DNA of 62,955 bases, counting the filler, from Basidiobolus meristosporus CBS 931.73 (Eukaryota > Fungi > Basidiobolomycota): the NCBI GenBank assembly GCA_002104905.1. It is 3 parts of 3 records of this genome, joined end to end, with 100 filler letters (N's around TTAATTAATTAA, not from the genome) between each part and the next. Parts side by side here need not be neighbours in the genome. Positions count along the whole stretch, not along the records: positions 45,683 to 62,955 come from MCFE01001096.1; 2 more parts are not named here. One strand, 5' to 3'. The position numbers and the translations under genes were made by a program. Shown here one piece after another: positions 60,702-62,955 of this stretch (position 1 is its first letter; each line of letters opens with the position of its first letter). The notes beneath the pieces were generated by a model. That model saw nothing but the letters and a program-made list of their open reading frames with translations. It did no database searches and was not told the DNA's origin.

Positions 60702-62493
60702 GATAAAAGGCCGTCGGGAAGGTGCTGAGGTACGGAGACAGATTCACTGGAAACACAAGAGTGCAAAAAGAATATAGCTAGAACCGGTCAGCTCTGGATA
60801 CCTTTTATAAAACGGAGCTTGCGCACTGAATCGGAAAATTGATCATTGGGTTTCTTGCCGATGCCTGAATTAGTCCGTACGCAACGATCAACTAAGGTTC
60901 GTTCGCGTTTTTGGATGGATCTTACACCCAGGCAGGATACCTTCGGAAGCGGTGCCATTGAAAAATCCTCGCCTACTGCTTGGGATTCGTTTTATTGCCC
61001 GATACTGTATGTTGACCTAGTTTGTCGGGCTTATGTACGTGTACATTGGAGTTACTTAATTGGTAGGTCTTAAACGACCGATCAATCATGGTTTGTGTGC
61101 TCTGGACTGGACCAACTCGCAGGATACAATGGCTTGACCCATGCTTGATGGGAACTTACAAACATCTCTACTACCTGTTTGTAAGTGGTATTTGTAGTTG
61201 CGAAGGTGCGTTCAGTATGAATAACACAGTTGTTGGCGTCAGCTAAGTCTATAGCCTACAACGCAGTTTTTCGGGATCCACAAGGTTTCTAGAGTACCAC
61301 CCATATGCATTGGCATCATTGAGTAACGGCGCTCATAGCTGAGTAGTGAAAGCATTTGTTCAAAGCGTACATCAATTCATCCTCAGGTCTGTTAACAAAT
61401 GCCGACCAGTACAGGGGTAGTAGTGATCAATAGGCGTGTTTAGATTTCTGCCACAGAAATGGCCGATACATGTCATCGCTGCGAAACATACACTAAATAT
61501 ACAACGCAAGGTATCACTGTGTGGCAATAAATCGCTGCAAGGATGCTAAGATCGGAGAGATCATTGCTCCGATTGTGCTTGCTCGAGTAGTCAGCCAGCA
61601 TAAGTCAATACTGCCTGACAGGCTAGTCCCAAAAAGGACTAATTGTGAATCTCAACCAATGTTCAGTTTTGCAAAGTAGCTTTGGTCACTTGCGCAGTAC
61701 TCGCAGGGCATCACCTGCGGATTGCCACTGCTGTGATTTGAATGAAAGCATGCTTAGAGAGCCATGCGGATCTCAATAGATGAGCGTTTGCAGCTCACTA
61801 TGCCGTAGAACTTGCATTTCTCGTGCAATTTAAAGATCGTTACCACAATAGAAGCAAGCCTATATATAAGTACCGAACTAGTTGTATGCGAGAATCAGCA
61901 ACTACTGCCTTGGTTTGCCATGTTCCTCAGCGGGATCAGTATTTTCTCCTAAGAGTTGTAAATCAGTGAGGATCCTTGACATGGATAGATGGATCCGAAT
62001 CCTCGGGAAAATCTCGAGTTGAGCTTGGAGTTTTCTGCCTCCCTGTGAAGGAAGAAACAATTTGAATCAAGCACCTATTGAAGTCATCCCGCCAAGAGAA
62101 CCAATAGGTGAAGTTAGATGTATTTAACAGCTGTAGCCAGACTTATATACATATTCAGGCGTTCTATTAAAATGGAGATCCTATTTTGTTATCCTTAGCT
62201 GCCTGTAGGTGGTTCTACTGATCCTGTATGTATGATGATATAGCAGGCCCTTACCACTTATTCCAACTCTAATCTGAATTGATGTACATTTCCTCAATGA
62301 TTAAGATTATCTCTGCTCAAGCTTTTATTCTCCTGTTAAGTTTGTTGATCAATATTCAAGCACGCCTAGACAAGTAGTACCAATGCGCATGAGAGAAGCA
62401 CTTTGCGAAATTTAACTGAGTTACATGCTAGCTCATAGGGTCAGTATAAGCCACCAGTGTCAGCATCCATTAGCTGAAATGTTCAGTCATACC

Positions 62494-62955
62494 TTATCGT
62501 GGGGGTTTGACCACTACCACTGGGCAGTGGACTGAGTGCACCAGAAAGTCACAGAAGCTCCCTAACCAAAGCCTACAAATTTCCTATTAGATTCATTCTA
62601 ACACAATCTTGTTGGCAAGCTTGCCTTTTCCAATGGCTAAGGTCGCGATTTCCGATTAGAAGAACATCTGCTTTAACTGCCTCAATATGGTCTGAGAGGC
62701 ATTTTCTTGTATCGGTCTGGGAGGTCAGAAGTTTGATTTCATATGGAATCTGTAAATCAATAGACATTTAAATTTAACTCCGCTTTAACAAGTCCCCCGA
62801 ATAGCAACCAAGTGGATTTTACCTTGGCGTTTCTGAGAATGTCAGTTTGCTTGTCAAGCTTGTCCAACAATTCCTTCTTCGCCTGAATAATTTGTTTACT
62901 TGAATATTTCTCTGTCGTGGTTCTGTTTCGTTAGATTTACATACCTCTTTTTGTA
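62494..62955 (-). CDS. Universal stress protein (USP-A-like), 3' part only; exons >62955-62945, 62882-62823, 62749-62625, 62572-62494
   Basis: Spliced product ...AKKELLDKLDKQTDILRNAK-IPYEIKLL...KADVLLIGNRDLSHWKR-LWLGSFCDFLVHSVHCPVVVVKPPR* matches the USP C-terminal signature; the last intron has a GC donor. Confidence 0.85.

Noticed and set aside
57759-62955. Canonical Mucorales sex locus
   Set aside because: The HMG gene is flanked by COG0523 and USP genes, not by a triose-phosphate transporter and an RNA helicase.

Overview
Eukaryotic genomic DNA, most likely fungal; an early-diverging lineage is my inference from the short 52-90 nt introns with CTAAC-type branch points, a yeast-type tRNA-iMet primer site and the gene set. 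The window is three pieces joined by artificial 100-bp spacers (44 N + TTAATTAATTAA + 44 N at 27387-27486 and 45583-45682), so adjacency across the spacers is not established. Bases 1-45582 are a nested transposon graveyard with no host genes recognised: two Ty1/copia families, two Ty3/gypsy families and at least eight fragments of a CACTA/EnSpm-type transposase, all broken by stops, frameshifts or deletions and strongly CpG-depleted. Bases 45683-62955 are CpG-normal, gene-bearing DNA: a group-I truncated hemoglobin, an F-box/LRR protein, a divergent aquaglyceroporin-like MIP, a COG0523/CobW-family GTPase, an HMG-box factor, the 3' part of a universal stress protein, and a few LTR remnants. 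The two strongest leads are (i) a solo LTR in the gene block that keeps CpGs lost by its sister LTRs in the repeat block, direct evidence for context-dependent CpG-to-TpG/CpA decay of repeats, and (ii) a MIP channel whose aromatic/arginine selectivity filter appears replaced (NPAGD instead of NPARD). All alignments were done by eye, and fragment boundaries are approximate unless fixed by a TSD or a TG...CA end.
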